The notes beneath the pieces were generated by a model. The model saw only the letters and a program-made list of their open reading frames with translations, did not search any database and was not told the DNA's origin. Below, one piece after another: positions 8,979 through 19,601 of a stretch of 64,000 bases of DNA. Location of the stretch: assembly GCA_050726055.1 (NCBI GenBank), contig JBOHIW010000013.1, forward strand, positions 59,044 through 123,043, in the 5' to 3' direction. Within the stretch, counting starts at the first letter, position 1; every line of letters begins with the position of its first letter. The stretch comes from Phyllobacterium sp. Its GTDB lineage: Bacteria > Pseudomonadota > Alphaproteobacteria > Rhizobiales > Rhizobiaceae. A program made the position numbers and the translations under genes.

Positions 8979-10496
8979 ATGGCAAGTGCAGGAAAAAAAG
9001 TTGTCGGGAGCGTCGCGTATCAAACACGCGACAAGGACTATTTCGAGAAACGCCAGCTCGTGCGTCATGCGAATGTGTGGCACTTGTGGGCTTTGGGCGT
9101 GGGCGCGGTAATTTCCGGCCACTTCTCGGGCTGGAACGGCGGGCTGCTGCAAGGCGGCTGGGGCGGCATGTTCATTGCCACCATTATCATCGCCATCATG
9201 TATCTGGGGCTGACCTTTGCGATCGCTGAAATGTCGCCGGCCCTGCCGCATACCGGTGCGGCCTATTCCTTCGCGCGAACCTCGATGGGGCCTTGGGGAG
9301 GCTTCCTCACCGGCCTTGCCGAAAACGTTGAATATGTTCTGACGCCCGCCGTCATTGTTTTCTTTATCGGCTCCTATCTCACCGGCATTTTCGGCACGGC
9401 TCCGGAATTTCAACCGGTCTGGTGGATCGCCGCCTATATTGTTTTCCTCGGCCTGAATATCTGGGGTGTCGCGCTGTCTTTCCGCGTCACGCTGGTCGTG
9501 ACCATTCTCGCGCTTGTCTGTCTGGTCGTGTTCTGGTTCTCCGCCATCGGCCATATGGACTTTTCACGCTGGGCATTCAATATCGGGCCGGGCGGCGTCG
9601 AACTGCCTGAAGGCAATGGCCCTTTCCTGCCGAATGGCATTGGCGGTGCACTTGCTGCTCTTCCGTTCGCTGTCTGGCTGTTTCTTGCCATCGAGCAGCT
9701 TCCGCTTGCCGCCGAAGAATCGGTCGATCCGAAACGCGATATGCCAAAAGGCATTATTCTCGGTGTCCTGACCCTCGTCGTATCGGCCTTTGCGATCCTG
9801 ACCTTCAATCCATCGGTCGTCGGGATCGGTTCGTTTGCGCTGGGTTCGTCTGGCGAGCCGCTGCTGGATGGTTTCAAGGCGATTTATGGCGAAGGCATTG
9901 CCAAGGGGCTGGCGCTCGTTGCCGTGCTCGGCCTTATCGCATCGTTCCATACGATCATCTTCGCCCAAGGCCGGCAGATATTTTCGCTCAGCCGCGCGGG
10001 CTATTTTCCGACGCTCCTTTCGGTGACGCACGGCACGCGCAAAACACCGCATGTTGCGATGATTGCGGGCGCCATCCTCGGGCTTCTCGTGATCCTTAGC
10101 CTGTGGTTCCTGCTCGGTGCCGAACGGGGTGGTGCGGCTATCGGCTTCACATTGCTTAACATGGCGGTTTTTGGCGCGATGCTGAGCTACATCATGCAGG
10201 CGGTCTCGTTCATTCTGCTGCGCAAGAACCAGCCGCATATCGAACGGCCATTCCGCAATCCCTTCGGTATTCCCAGTGCCGTTCTGACCATCGTGATTGC
10301 GCTGGTGACGCTGTATTTCCAGCTTAACGATCCGGTCTATCGGCAGGGCATCATCGGCGTCGCGGTCTGGTTTGCGGTGTTCATCGCCTATTTCGCGCTG
10401 ATCGGACGCCACAAGCTCATTCTGTCGCCGGAAGAGGAATTTGCGCTGGAGCACGCTGAAAACGCAGCCAGCCAGGCAGCGGCGGCACGGACATAA
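8979..10496 (+). CDS. APC-superfamily amino acid/ethanolamine permease (EAT-like)
   Basis: LWALGVGAVISGHFSGWN, AEMSPALPHTGAAYSFAR, WLFLAIEQLPLAAEE; about 12 hydrophobic segments. Confidence 0.88.
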   Translation: MASAGKKVVGSVAYQTRDKDYFEKRQLVRHANVWHLWALGVGAVISGHFSGWNGGLLQGGWGGMFIATIIIAIMYLGLTFAIAEMSPALPHTGAAYSFARTSMGPWGGFLTGLAENVEYVLTPAVIVFFIGSYLTGIFGTAPEFQPVWWIAAYIVFLGLNIWGVALSFRVTLVVTILALVCLVVFWFSAIGHMDFSRWAFNIGPGGVELPEGNGPFLPNGIGGALAALPFAVWLFLAIEQLPLAAEESVDPKRDMPKGIILGVLTLVVSAFAILTFNPSVVGIGSFALGSSGEPLLDGFKAIYGEGIAKGLALVAVLGLIASFHTIIFAQGRQIFSLSRAGYFPTLLSVTHGTRKTPHVAMIAGAILGLLVILSLWFLLGAERGGAAIGFTLLNMAVFGAMLSYIMQAVSFILLRKNQPHIERPFRNPFGIPSAVLTIVIALVTLYFQLNDPVYRQGIIGVAVWFAVFIAYFALIGRHKLILSPEEEFALEHAENAASQAAAART

Positions 10497-10503
10497 TCAT
10501 CAT

Positions 10504-10540
10504 CAAATTGCATCCGGCGATCGAGGCCGGATGCAATTTG
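10504..10540 (+). other. Intra-operon stem-loop (mRNA stabiliser or attenuator)
   Basis: Perfect 14-bp arms CAAATTGCATCCGG / CCGGATGCAATTTG with a 9-nt loop between the permease and GS-like gene; no U-tract. Confidence 0.65.
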
Positions 10541-10569
10541 CCTGCACATATCGGAAGCTGGAGTCTTGA

Positions 10570-11940
10570 ATGGCCGGAAATCTGACGTTTGATGAGCTAA
10601 AAGGGGCAGTGGCGAATGACGAGATCGATACCGTCATCGCCGCTTTTGCCGACATGCAGGGCCGTCTCATCGGCAAGCGGTTTCATGGCTGTTTTTTCGT
10701 GGAATCGGCCCATGACGAGACACATGGCTGCAACTATCTTCTGGCCGACGATATCGATATGGAGCCTGTGCCCGGATACAAGGCGGCAAGCTGGCAGCAG
10801 GGCTATGGCGATTTTGTCATCAAGCCGGATCTTTCCACCATCCGTCGCATTCCTTGGCTGGAAAAGGCGGCGCTGGTGCTTTGCGACGTGCTCGATCATC
10901 ACGACCATTCCGATCTCGCGCATTCGCCACGCGGCATCCTGAAACGCCAGTTGGCGAGACTGAAGGAGCGTGGCTATCTGGCTTATTTCGCGTCGGAACT
11001 GGAGTTCTATCTCTTCGACGAAACCTACAGGAGCGCGCGCGAGAAACACTGGAAAAATATGGCGACCGCGTCGCCCTATATCCAGGACTACGTGATCCAG
11101 TCGACCACCAAGGAAGATGGGGTGATGCGCGCCATCCGCAACGGTCTTTACGGTGCGGGAATCCCGGTCGAGAACTCCAAGGGCGAGTGGGGGCCGGGCC
11201 AGGAGGAAATCAATGTTCGCTACGCGGAGGCGCTGGAAATGGCGGACCGGCATGTGGTCATGAAAAACGGCTGCAAGGAAATCGCGGAACAGATGGGCAA
11301 GGCCATCACCTTCATGGCGAAATATGATTATTCGCTCGCCGGAAGTTCCAGCCATGTCCACAATTCGCTGTGGAGCGCCGATGGCAAGACGCCGCTCTTC
11401 TACGATCCCAAGGCGGAACACACCATGTCGCCGCTGATGCGCGCATGGGTGGCGGGGCAGTTGAAATATGCCACGGATATCACATGGTTCCTCGCGCCCT
11501 ATGTCAATTCCTACAAGCGGTTTCAGGCGGGCACTTTCGCGCCGACCAAGACGGTCTGGAGCCGCGACAACCGCACCGCGGGTTTCCGGCTTTGCGGCGA
11601 GGGGACCAAAGGCATTCGCATCGAGTGTCGCATCGGCGGTGCCGACCTCAATCCCTATCTCGCCTTCGCCGCGCTGATCGCGTCCGGTCTTGCCGGTATC
11701 GATGAGAAACTGGAACTGACCAAACCCTTCGAGGGCGATGCCTATGGCAGCGCGAGGGCGCCGGAGATTCCAAAAACGCTGCGCGAAGCGACCGAAACGC
11801 TGGCCAAATCCAAAATGCTGAAAGCAGCGCTTGGCGAGGATGTGATCGAGCATTACGTCCACACCGCGCGCTGGGAGCAACTCGAATATGATCGTCGCGT
11901 GACCGACTGGGAATTGCATCGCGGCTTTGAACGATATTAG
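10570..11940 (+). CDS. Glutamine synthetase-like gamma-glutamylamide synthetase (PuuA/PauA class)
   Basis: DMQGRLIGKR, ELEFYLF, EWGPGQEEIN, FMAKY..GSSSHVH, NSYKRF, WSRDNRT.GFR, IECRIGGADLNPYLA. Confidence 0.92.
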   Translation: MAGNLTFDELKGAVANDEIDTVIAAFADMQGRLIGKRFHGCFFVESAHDETHGCNYLLADDIDMEPVPGYKAASWQQGYGDFVIKPDLSTIRRIPWLEKAALVLCDVLDHHDHSDLAHSPRGILKRQLARLKERGYLAYFASELEFYLFDETYRSAREKHWKNMATASPYIQDYVIQSTTKEDGVMRAIRNGLYGAGIPVENSKGEWGPGQEEINVRYAEALEMADRHVVMKNGCKEIAEQMGKAITFMAKYDYSLAGSSSHVHNSLWSADGKTPLFYDPKAEHTMSPLMRAWVAGQLKYATDITWFLAPYVNSYKRFQAGTFAPTKTVWSRDNRTAGFRLCGEGTKGIRIECRIGGADLNPYLAFAALIASGLAGIDEKLELTKPFEGDAYGSARAPEIPKTLREATETLAKSKMLKAALGEDVIEHYVHTARWEQLEYDRRVTDWELHRGFERY

Positions 11941-11997
11941 CATGACCGGCAATGGCTGGTCCGGCCTTTGCCCCTGTCTCAACAAAGGAACAAAAGC

Positions 11998-13383
<1,386 letters not shown>

Positions 13384-13396
13384 AAGACCTGCCCAA

Positions 13397-14569
13397 ATGA
13401 GCAAGCTGATCTCCAAATGGAACTACCCGACCACTGTGCGCTTCGGTGCTGGCCGCATCAAGGAATTGCCGGAAGTGCTGGAAGCGGCGGGTATCAAGCG
13501 GCCGCTGTTCGTTACCGATCCGGGCCTTGCCAAGCTGCCTGCGGTCGCCAAAACCCTCGCTATTCTGGATGCGGCGAAGGTGAAATATGGCGTATTCTCG
13601 CAGGTGAAGCCCAATCCGGTTGAATCAAATCTCGTGGCGGGCGTTGCGGCCTTCAAAAAGGGCAAGCATGATGGCGTCATCGCCTTTGGCGGCGGCTCGG
13701 CGCTCGATCTCGGCAAGCTCATCGCCTTTCAGGCAGGGCAGACCCGCCCGGTCTGGGATTTCGAGGATATTGGCGACTGGTGGACACGCGCCGACGAGAA
13801 GGCCATCGTGCCGATCATCGCCGTGCCGACCACGGCGGGAACGGGTTCGGAAGTTGGCCGCGCCGGCGTTTTGACCAATGAGGAAACCCATACGAAAAAG
13901 GTGATTTTCCATCCGAAAATGCTGCCGGTCACGGTCATTGCCGATCCGGAACTGTCGGTCGGGATGCCGCCCTTCATCACTGCCGGTACGGGCATGGACG
14001 CATTGGCGCATTGCCTCGAAGCCTATTGCGCGCCGGGCTATCACCCCATGGCCGACGGTATCGCGGTCGAGGGCGTTCGCCTCGTGTTCGAGAACCTGCC
14101 TAAGGCCTTTGCCAATGGCAAGGATCTGACGGCCCGTGCAAACATGATGAGTGCCGCGGCGATGGGCGCGACTGCGTTCCAGAAGGGATTGGGCGCGATC
14201 CATTCGCTCTCCCATCCTATCGGCTCGCTCTACGACACGCATCATGGCATGACCAATGCGGTTTTCATGCCCTACGTGCTGGCCTTCAACCGCGATGCAG
14301 TTGAGGAGCGCATCGTGCGCCTTGCCAATTACGTTGGCATCAAGGGCGGGTTTGACGGCTTCGCCAAGGCCATTCTCAAGCTGCGCAAGGATCTGAAGGT
14401 GCCCAACACCTTGCCGGGCCTGATCAAAGGTCTCGACATGGACAAGAAGCGCAAGACGCTGATCGCCGAGATGGCCATTGTCGATCCGACCGCAGGCGGC
14501 AACCCGGTGAAGCTGACGAAAAAGGCGGCGCTCGCGCTTCTCGACAACGCCATCGAGGGCAATCTTTAA
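13397..14569 (+). CDS. Iron-containing alcohol dehydrogenase
   Basis: NP....V..G, GGGSALDLGK, PTTAGTGSE, GMDALAHCLEAY, HSLSHP, HHGMTNAV. Confidence 0.95.
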   Translation: MSKLISKWNYPTTVRFGAGRIKELPEVLEAAGIKRPLFVTDPGLAKLPAVAKTLAILDAAKVKYGVFSQVKPNPVESNLVAGVAAFKKGKHDGVIAFGGGSALDLGKLIAFQAGQTRPVWDFEDIGDWWTRADEKAIVPIIAVPTTAGTGSEVGRAGVLTNEETHTKKVIFHPKMLPVTVIADPELSVGMPPFITAGTGMDALAHCLEAYCAPGYHPMADGIAVEGVRLVFENLPKAFANGKDLTARANMMSAAAMGATAFQKGLGAIHSLSHPIGSLYDTHHGMTNAVFMPYVLAFNRDAVEERIVRLANYVGIKGGFDGFAKAILKLRKDLKVPNTLPGLIKGLDMDKKRKTLIAEMAIVDPTAGGNPVKLTKKAALALLDNAIEGNL

Positions 14570-14611
14570 TCGGGGATAGATTTCGGTCTTTGTGCCGAAA
14601 CATGAAAATAT

Positions 14612-14644
14612 TTGCCCGCTCTGTCAGGGTGATAGGGCGGGCAA
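14612..14644 (+). terminator. Stem-loop after the catabolic operon (possible terminator)
   Basis: TTGCCCGCTCTGTCA-GGG-TGATAGGGCGGGCAA, a 15-bp stem with two G-U pairs; a T6 run follows 5 nt later. Confidence 0.45.
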
Positions 14645-15020
14645 TGGTGTTTTTTGAAGGTTTGTTTATCCACGCCCTGCCGCCACGCTGCATAATCCGG
14701 CCGTCGTCTTTTGAAAGACCCGGAGCGCGACCGGAGAAATCGGGAAAGACGATGGTGCCTGAAGCGATGATAATCGGCCTTCAGGGGTCGATGGTCCGGA
14801 GGTCTCGGATGAAGCGGAATTGACAGCCCCGCTTCATGACTACGCGGCACAGGACGATCAATCAGGCATCGCGGGTGGCCAGACCACCCTGAATCACCAA
14901 AGCGTTTCCGGCCCTGGCCGCCCGCTTCTTTCTCTTGACGCACTCACGCCGGTCCCGCTGGCGGGAGATATTGGTGTTTTTCAAAACGTTCATTGTTGGC
15001 AAAGCCTGATTGCTCAGGCA

Positions 15021-15050
15021 TGGATTCCCGGCGCAAGGCCGGGAATGACG
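15021..15050 (-). repeat. REP/RPE-like palindromic unit, copy 1
   Basis: Reverse complement reads CGTCATTCCCGGCCTTGCGCCGGGAATCCA, the CGTCA-(stem)-ATCCA style of alphaproteobacterial short repeats. Confidence 0.55.
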
Positions 15051-15150
15051 ATATTTGATGTGGGAGGCAATCGAAGAAGCATTGCGCAACTTCGCCACAG
15101 CAACGGTCATGTCAGCGACGACGAAAGGCCGTGTCGTATTTCCTCTCCAT

Positions 15151-15180
15151 CGTCAGGGCCGGGCCTGACCCGGCCATCCA
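15151..15180 (+). repeat. REP/RPE-like palindromic unit, copy 2
   Basis: CGTCAGGGCCGGGCCTGACCCGGCCATCCA; same CGTCA..CCGG..CCGG..ATCCA frame as copy 1, opposite orientation. Confidence 0.55.
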
Positions 15181-15207
15181 TTCCGGAACGGGAAATATCC
15201 GGTGCGA

Positions 15208-16275
15208 TCAGTCGCCGAGAACCAGCAGATCCCTCGCGGCAAAGCTGAGCTTGACCTTTTCGTCGCGCGCCGGTGGCGGCGAGGCGGGATCGTTGAACGT
15301 ATCCAATGAGATGCTGTTGTTGCCGAGCGCCACGCGGATGCGGATGACCGAACCAAGGAAACTGACGTCGGTAATGGTTCCTTCCACATTTTCGCTGTGG
15401 CCCTTGGAACCGCCGAAAATGATCGCTTCCGGGCGAACGGCGAGTGATACGGGATCGCCCTTTGCCTTGCCGTTCAGCGAATGATCGATCCGGAGTGTGT
15501 TTCCGTCGAGATCGACAATCCCCCTGACCGGATCGGCGACGGTCGCTTCGAGCATGTTGAGCGTACCCACGAACGAAGCGACGAAGCGCGAGGCCGGACG
15601 ATTGTAGATTTCGAACGGCGTGCCAACCTGTTCCGCCACGCCGTCATGCATGACGACGATACGGTCGGACATGGACAGCGCTTCTTCCTGATCGTGGGTC
15701 ACGAAAATCGTGGTGATGCCCAGTTCTTTCTGGATTTCGCGGATCTGCTCGCGCAACGAAATGCGGATCTTGGCGTCGAGCGCCGATAGCGGTTCGTCGA
15801 GGAGAAGCACTTGCGGCTTGGGGGCGAGCGCGCGGGCAAGCGCGACACGCTGCTGCTGGCCGCCGGAAAGCTGATACGGATAGCGCCCGCCAAAATCCGG
15901 AAGGCCGATGATTTTCATCATCTCTTCGACGCGATGCGCGGTTTCCGCCTTGGAGACGCCTGCCACTTTCAGGCCGAAACCGATGTTTTGCGCCACCGTC
16001 AGATTGGGAAACAGCGCATAAGCCTGAAACACCATGCCAATATTGCGCTGGTTCGGCTTGAGCGATGTGACGTCTTTCCCGTCGATTGAAACCCGGCCAT
16101 CGCTCGGTGCCTCGAAACCGGCGACGACACGCAGCATCGTCGTCTTGCCACAGCCGCTGGGGCCGAGGAACGAAACAAATTCGCCGCGCGAAACATCAAG
16201 ATTGAAGTCGCGGACGACCGTGACTGTTCCGAAGGTTTTCCTGACGCCTTCAATTTTCAGAAATGGTGCGGTCAT
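15208..16275 (-). CDS. ABC transporter ATP-binding protein, PotA/FbpC-like with TOBE domain
   Basis: GPSGCGKTT, LSGGQQQRVALARAL, LLLDEP, FVTHDQEEA. Confidence 0.93.
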   Translation of the reverse strand: MTAPFLKIEGVRKTFGTVTVVRDFNLDVSRGEFVSFLGPSGCGKTTMLRVVAGFEAPSDGRVSIDGKDVTSLKPNQRNIGMVFQAYALFPNLTVAQNIGFGLKVAGVSKAETAHRVEEMMKIIGLPDFGGRYPYQLSGGQQQRVALARALAPKPQVLLLDEPLSALDAKIRISLREQIREIQKELGITTIFVTHDQEEALSMSDRIVVMHDGVAEQVGTPFEIYNRPASRFVASFVGTLNMLEATVADPVRGIVDLDGNTLRIDHSLNGKAKGDPVSLAVRPEAIIFGGSKGHSENVEGTITDVSFLGSVIRIRVALGNNSISLDTFNDPASPPPARDEKVKLSFAARDLLVLGD

Positions 16276-16286
16276 AAATTCTTTTC

Positions 16287-17084
16287 TTACTCCGTATGGG
16301 GCCGGTTGGCCGATTTCGGTGCGAAGCGGGACAGGATCTGGATCATGGCCATGCAGGCCCATGTGATTGCAAAGGCAATGACGGCAAGGGCCGCAGGCTC
16401 ATAGGCCCGGTTGGCGCCGATCAATTGCAGATAGGGGCCGAAGGCGGGGCGGTTGAGCAGGCTTGCCAGCGTGAATTCGCCCATGACAATGGCGAAGGTC
16501 AGGAACGCGCCCGACAGCACGGCGATCAGCACATTGGGCAGAATGATGCGGCCAACAATGGTCGGCCATTTCGCGCCCATAATTTCCGCCGCCTCCGTGA
16601 GTGTTCGCACATCGATATTGCGCAGGCCGGTATCGACCGCGCGGTACATATAGGGCAGGGCCAGCGTGACATAGCCGATCATCAGCAGCACGTCGCTGCC
16701 CCGCCGCGAGCCAAGGAACGGCAGGTACGAGTTTGACCCATACATCCGGATATAGCCGAAGACGATCACGATGGCCGGGATGATGAGCGGCAGCAGCGTG
16801 ATGAACTCGACGACCGGGCGCAAATGCGGCAGGCGCAGCCTGATCCAGTAAGCCGTTGGCACCACCAGAAGGATACCGACGATGATGGTCAGGAATCCGA
16901 TCAGCACCGAATAGGCAAAGGTTTCCTGAAAGCGCGGATCGGCCAGTACGATGCGATAGGCCTCGAACGAATATTCACCGCGCTTCAGGCGAAGCGAGAA
17001 TTCGAATGTTGCGATGAGCGGCAGGAAGAAGAACAGGGTGCCAAGCGCGAAGGTCAGCCATGCGAAAACGCGTCCCAGTTTCAT
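16287..17084 (-). CDS. ABC transporter permease (PotC-like)
   Basis: About 6 TM segments and the EAA motif (LTEAAEIMGA). ATG 17084 overlaps the upstream stop; the ORF-track extension to 17909 is spurious. Confidence 0.9.
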   Translation of the reverse strand: MKLGRVFAWLTFALGTLFFFLPLIATFEFSLRLKRGEYSFEAYRIVLADPRFQETFAYSVLIGFLTIIVGILLVVPTAYWIRLRLPHLRPVVEFITLLPLIIPAIVIVFGYIRMYGSNSYLPFLGSRRGSDVLLMIGYVTLALPYMYRAVDTGLRNIDVRTLTEAAEIMGAKWPTIVGRIILPNVLIAVLSGAFLTFAIVMGEFTLASLLNRPAFGPYLQLIGANRAYEPAALAVIAFAITWACMAMIQILSRFAPKSANRPHTE

Positions 17085-17995
17085 TTGAGCCACCTTTCGC
17101 TGCGTGTGCGGAACCAGATGTAGAGAATGTTGGAGATGCCCGTCACGACGATCATGCCGAAGGCGAGGGCATAGCCGAGATGCGGATTGTGCAGAACGTC
17201 GCCGCGAATCTGCGCATAGAGCAGGATAGGCACGATGTTGAGCGATGAGCCGGTCAGCGCGTAGGCGGTGGCGATGGCGCCGAAGGAGTTTGCAAAGAGC
17301 AGCACGAGTGTGCCGAGAAAGCTTGGCCAGATAACGGGAATAGCGACGATGCGCCAATACTGGAAGGTCGTCGCGCCCAGCGTCGACGCCGCTTCGCCCC
17401 ACTCTTTTTTCAATCCGTCGATCGCAGGCGTGATGATGAGGATCATCAGCGGGATCTGGAAGAAAAGATAGGTGATCGTCAGGCCCCAGAAGGAGAGAAG
17501 ATTGAAGCCGAGCGCGTAGATATTGATACCGAACCAGCTTTTGAGCAGGACAGTCACCAGGCCGAGCCGGCCGAGCGTCGCCAGGAAGGCGAAGGCAAGC
17601 GGGATGCCCGCAAAATTCGATGCAACGCCGGAGAACGTCAAGGTAGCGGATCTGATCCAGTTCGGCAGGCCGCCCCGCACGATCGCGATCGATATCGCCA
17701 GCCCGAGCAGTGCGCCCAATATTGCGGAAGCAAGGCTGATACGGATCGAAATCCAATAGGCGCTCAGGATATTGGGTTCGAACAGGCCGATGACATTTTG
17801 CAGGGTGAACTCGCCCTGCGGATTCTGGAATGCGCCGAGAATCAGATAGAAGGTCGGCAGGATCAGAAACATAAGGGCGAAGAGAAAGAAGGGCACGACG
17901 CCAAGCCAATGGAGTGGCAGTTTCATACCCTTCGAACCGCTGTCAAAGACGGGCGGGACACTGCGTGCGTGCTGGCCGGATATCAGATCGGTCAT
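17081..17995 (-). CDS. ABC transporter permease (PotB-like)
   Basis: TM segments and EAA motif (WGEAASTLGA). Alternative start ATG 17926. Confidence 0.88.
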   Translation of the reverse strand: MTDLISGQHARSVPPVFDSGSKGMKLPLHWLGVVPFFLFALMFLILPTFYLILGAFQNPQGEFTLQNVIGLFEPNILSAYWISIRISLASAILGALLGLAISIAIVRGGLPNWIRSATLTFSGVASNFAGIPLAFAFLATLGRLGLVTVLLKSWFGINIYALGFNLLSFWGLTITYLFFQIPLMILIITPAIDGLKKEWGEAASTLGATTFQYWRIVAIPVIWPSFLGTLVLLFANSFGAIATAYALTGSSLNIVPILLYAQIRGDVLHNPHLGYALAFGMIVVTGISNILYIWFRTRSERWLK

Positions 17996-18058
17996 GGAAA
18001 GTCCGCGTACCTTGAGACGATCCGGGCGGCTCGCGCCGCCCGGAATGCCCTGGTTTCG

Positions 18059-19162
18059 TTACTGGACGTTTGCGCCGACGACGCTGTCCCACTGCTTGGT
18101 GATGACGTCATGTGACGTGCTCTGGTCTTCAAGAGTGGGGAATATGGCCTTTTCATAGGCCGCTGCCGGTGGCAGTTTGTCCAGCAATTCCTGCGGAACC
18201 TTGCCGTTCTTCACAAGGTCGTTGAAGCGGATCGGGTGGCAATAGCCTTCGAGCCAGAGCAACTGGCCTTCGTCCGAATAGAGGAACTCCATCCACAACT
18301 TGGCGGCATTCGGGTGCGGTGCATAGGCGCTGATGGCCTGCACATAGACGCCCGCTACAACGCCGGAGGCCGGAACCACGACGTCGACCTGCGGATTGCC
18401 TTTCAGCGTGTCGCGGTCGGCCAGAGCGCCGTAATCCCACCGGATGATGATCGGTGTTGCGCCTTGCGTCAGCGAGGCCGCCTTGCCGATGACCGGCACG
18501 AAATTGCCCTTGGCGTTCAGTTCCTTGAAGAATTCCAGACCGGCTTCACCGGCCTTCGCGCCGCCCTCGGCACCCTTTGACAGACCGGCGGCATAGACGC
18601 CGAGGATGGCCTGGTTGGAAGCGCGCGGATCACCGGCAAGTGCTACCGAGTTGGCGTATTCGTCTTTGAGAAGGTCGGCCCAGTCCTGCGGCGGATTATC
18701 AATCAGATCCTTGTTGATCTCGAAGGAGAGAACGCCGTAATAGTCGCCATACCAATGGCCATCCGCGTCTTTCACTTCGGCCGGGATCGAATCCCAGGTC
18801 GAGACCTTGTAAGGCTGCGTCAGGCCATCTGCCTTGGCGGAGGGGCCATAGGAAAAGCCGACGTCGATGACGTCAGGCGCCTGCGGGCCCTTGTTGTTCT
18901 TGTTGGCCTTGATCGCCTCGACTTCGTCGCTCGATCCCGCATCGGGGTTCAACTCGTTGACTTCGATGCCGTATTTTTCCTTGAAGGTCGAGATAACCTT
19001 GCCATATCCGCACCAGTCGTGCGGAAGGGCGATGGTGGTCAGTTGCCCTTCGGCCTTGGCAGCGGCGATCAACTCGGCTGACGGCTCAGCGGAAGCGATG
19101 GCCGTGCCGGCGAAAACCAATGCTGTCGTCAAGGACAGGACGCGTTTAGAGTACCCAAGCAT
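18059..19162 (-). CDS. ABC transporter substrate-binding protein (PotD/AfuA-like cluster D)
   Basis: Signal peptide, APDVIDVG, WADLLKDEY, PHPNAAKLWMEFLYSDEGQ. Confidence 0.9.
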   Translation of the reverse strand: MLGYSKRVLSLTTALVFAGTAIASAEPSAELIAAAKAEGQLTTIALPHDWCGYGKVISTFKEKYGIEVNELNPDAGSSDEVEAIKANKNNKGPQAPDVIDVGFSYGPSAKADGLTQPYKVSTWDSIPAEVKDADGHWYGDYYGVLSFEINKDLIDNPPQDWADLLKDEYANSVALAGDPRASNQAILGVYAAGLSKGAEGGAKAGEAGLEFFKELNAKGNFVPVIGKAASLTQGATPIIIRWDYGALADRDTLKGNPQVDVVVPASGVVAGVYVQAISAYAPHPNAAKLWMEFLYSDEGQLLWLEGYCHPIRFNDLVKNGKVPQELLDKLPPAAAYEKAIFPTLEDQSTSHDVITKQWDSVVGANVQ

Positions 19163-19240
19163 AAAACTACTCCCCTGTTAAATCGGCAAACGCCGTTGGC
19201 TCAGCCCGTCACGTTTGTGACCTCCCGATACGGGCGGCAT

Positions 19241-19258
19241 ATGTCACCCGGATGACAG
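19241..19258 (-). promoter_or_regulatory. Candidate Pho box upstream of the ABC operon
   Basis: Minus strand CTGTCAT-CCGG-GTGACAT: one perfect and one 5/7 PhoB half-site, about 80 bp upstream of ATG 19162. Confidence 0.4.
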
Positions 19259-19601
19259 TTCACGAGTTGAAAATCCGAGCCTCGCAATTGAGTGAACCAC
19301 CTTTTTCGAGGCTTGGCAATCGACACCCCGGCAATTTGTGACAGGGGCTGAAACTGGCGTAAAGCTTCGGAAAACAGCCGGTTAGGCGAGATTTGTGACG
19401 GCATGTCGCTTATGGACATTGTTGCTCATCGCCGCACGGCGAAATGCGGTCAGAAACGACACCGGCTTGCGCAAAAGCGAAAGAACTTGCGCGAAAGTGA
19501 GGGAATGATCCGTCATCAAAATGGCAAAAATAATACCGGAGGGCCCCTTCAAAAGCGGTGGCGAGGCGGGGGAGTTTTCCCGGTCCCTGGTCGCGGCGGG
19601 G

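Noticed and set aside
14590-15248. Small ORFs 14590-14823, 14566-14943 and 14820-15248
   Set aside because: No RBS or motif support; the AWIPGARPGMT stretch is just the translation of the palindromic repeat.
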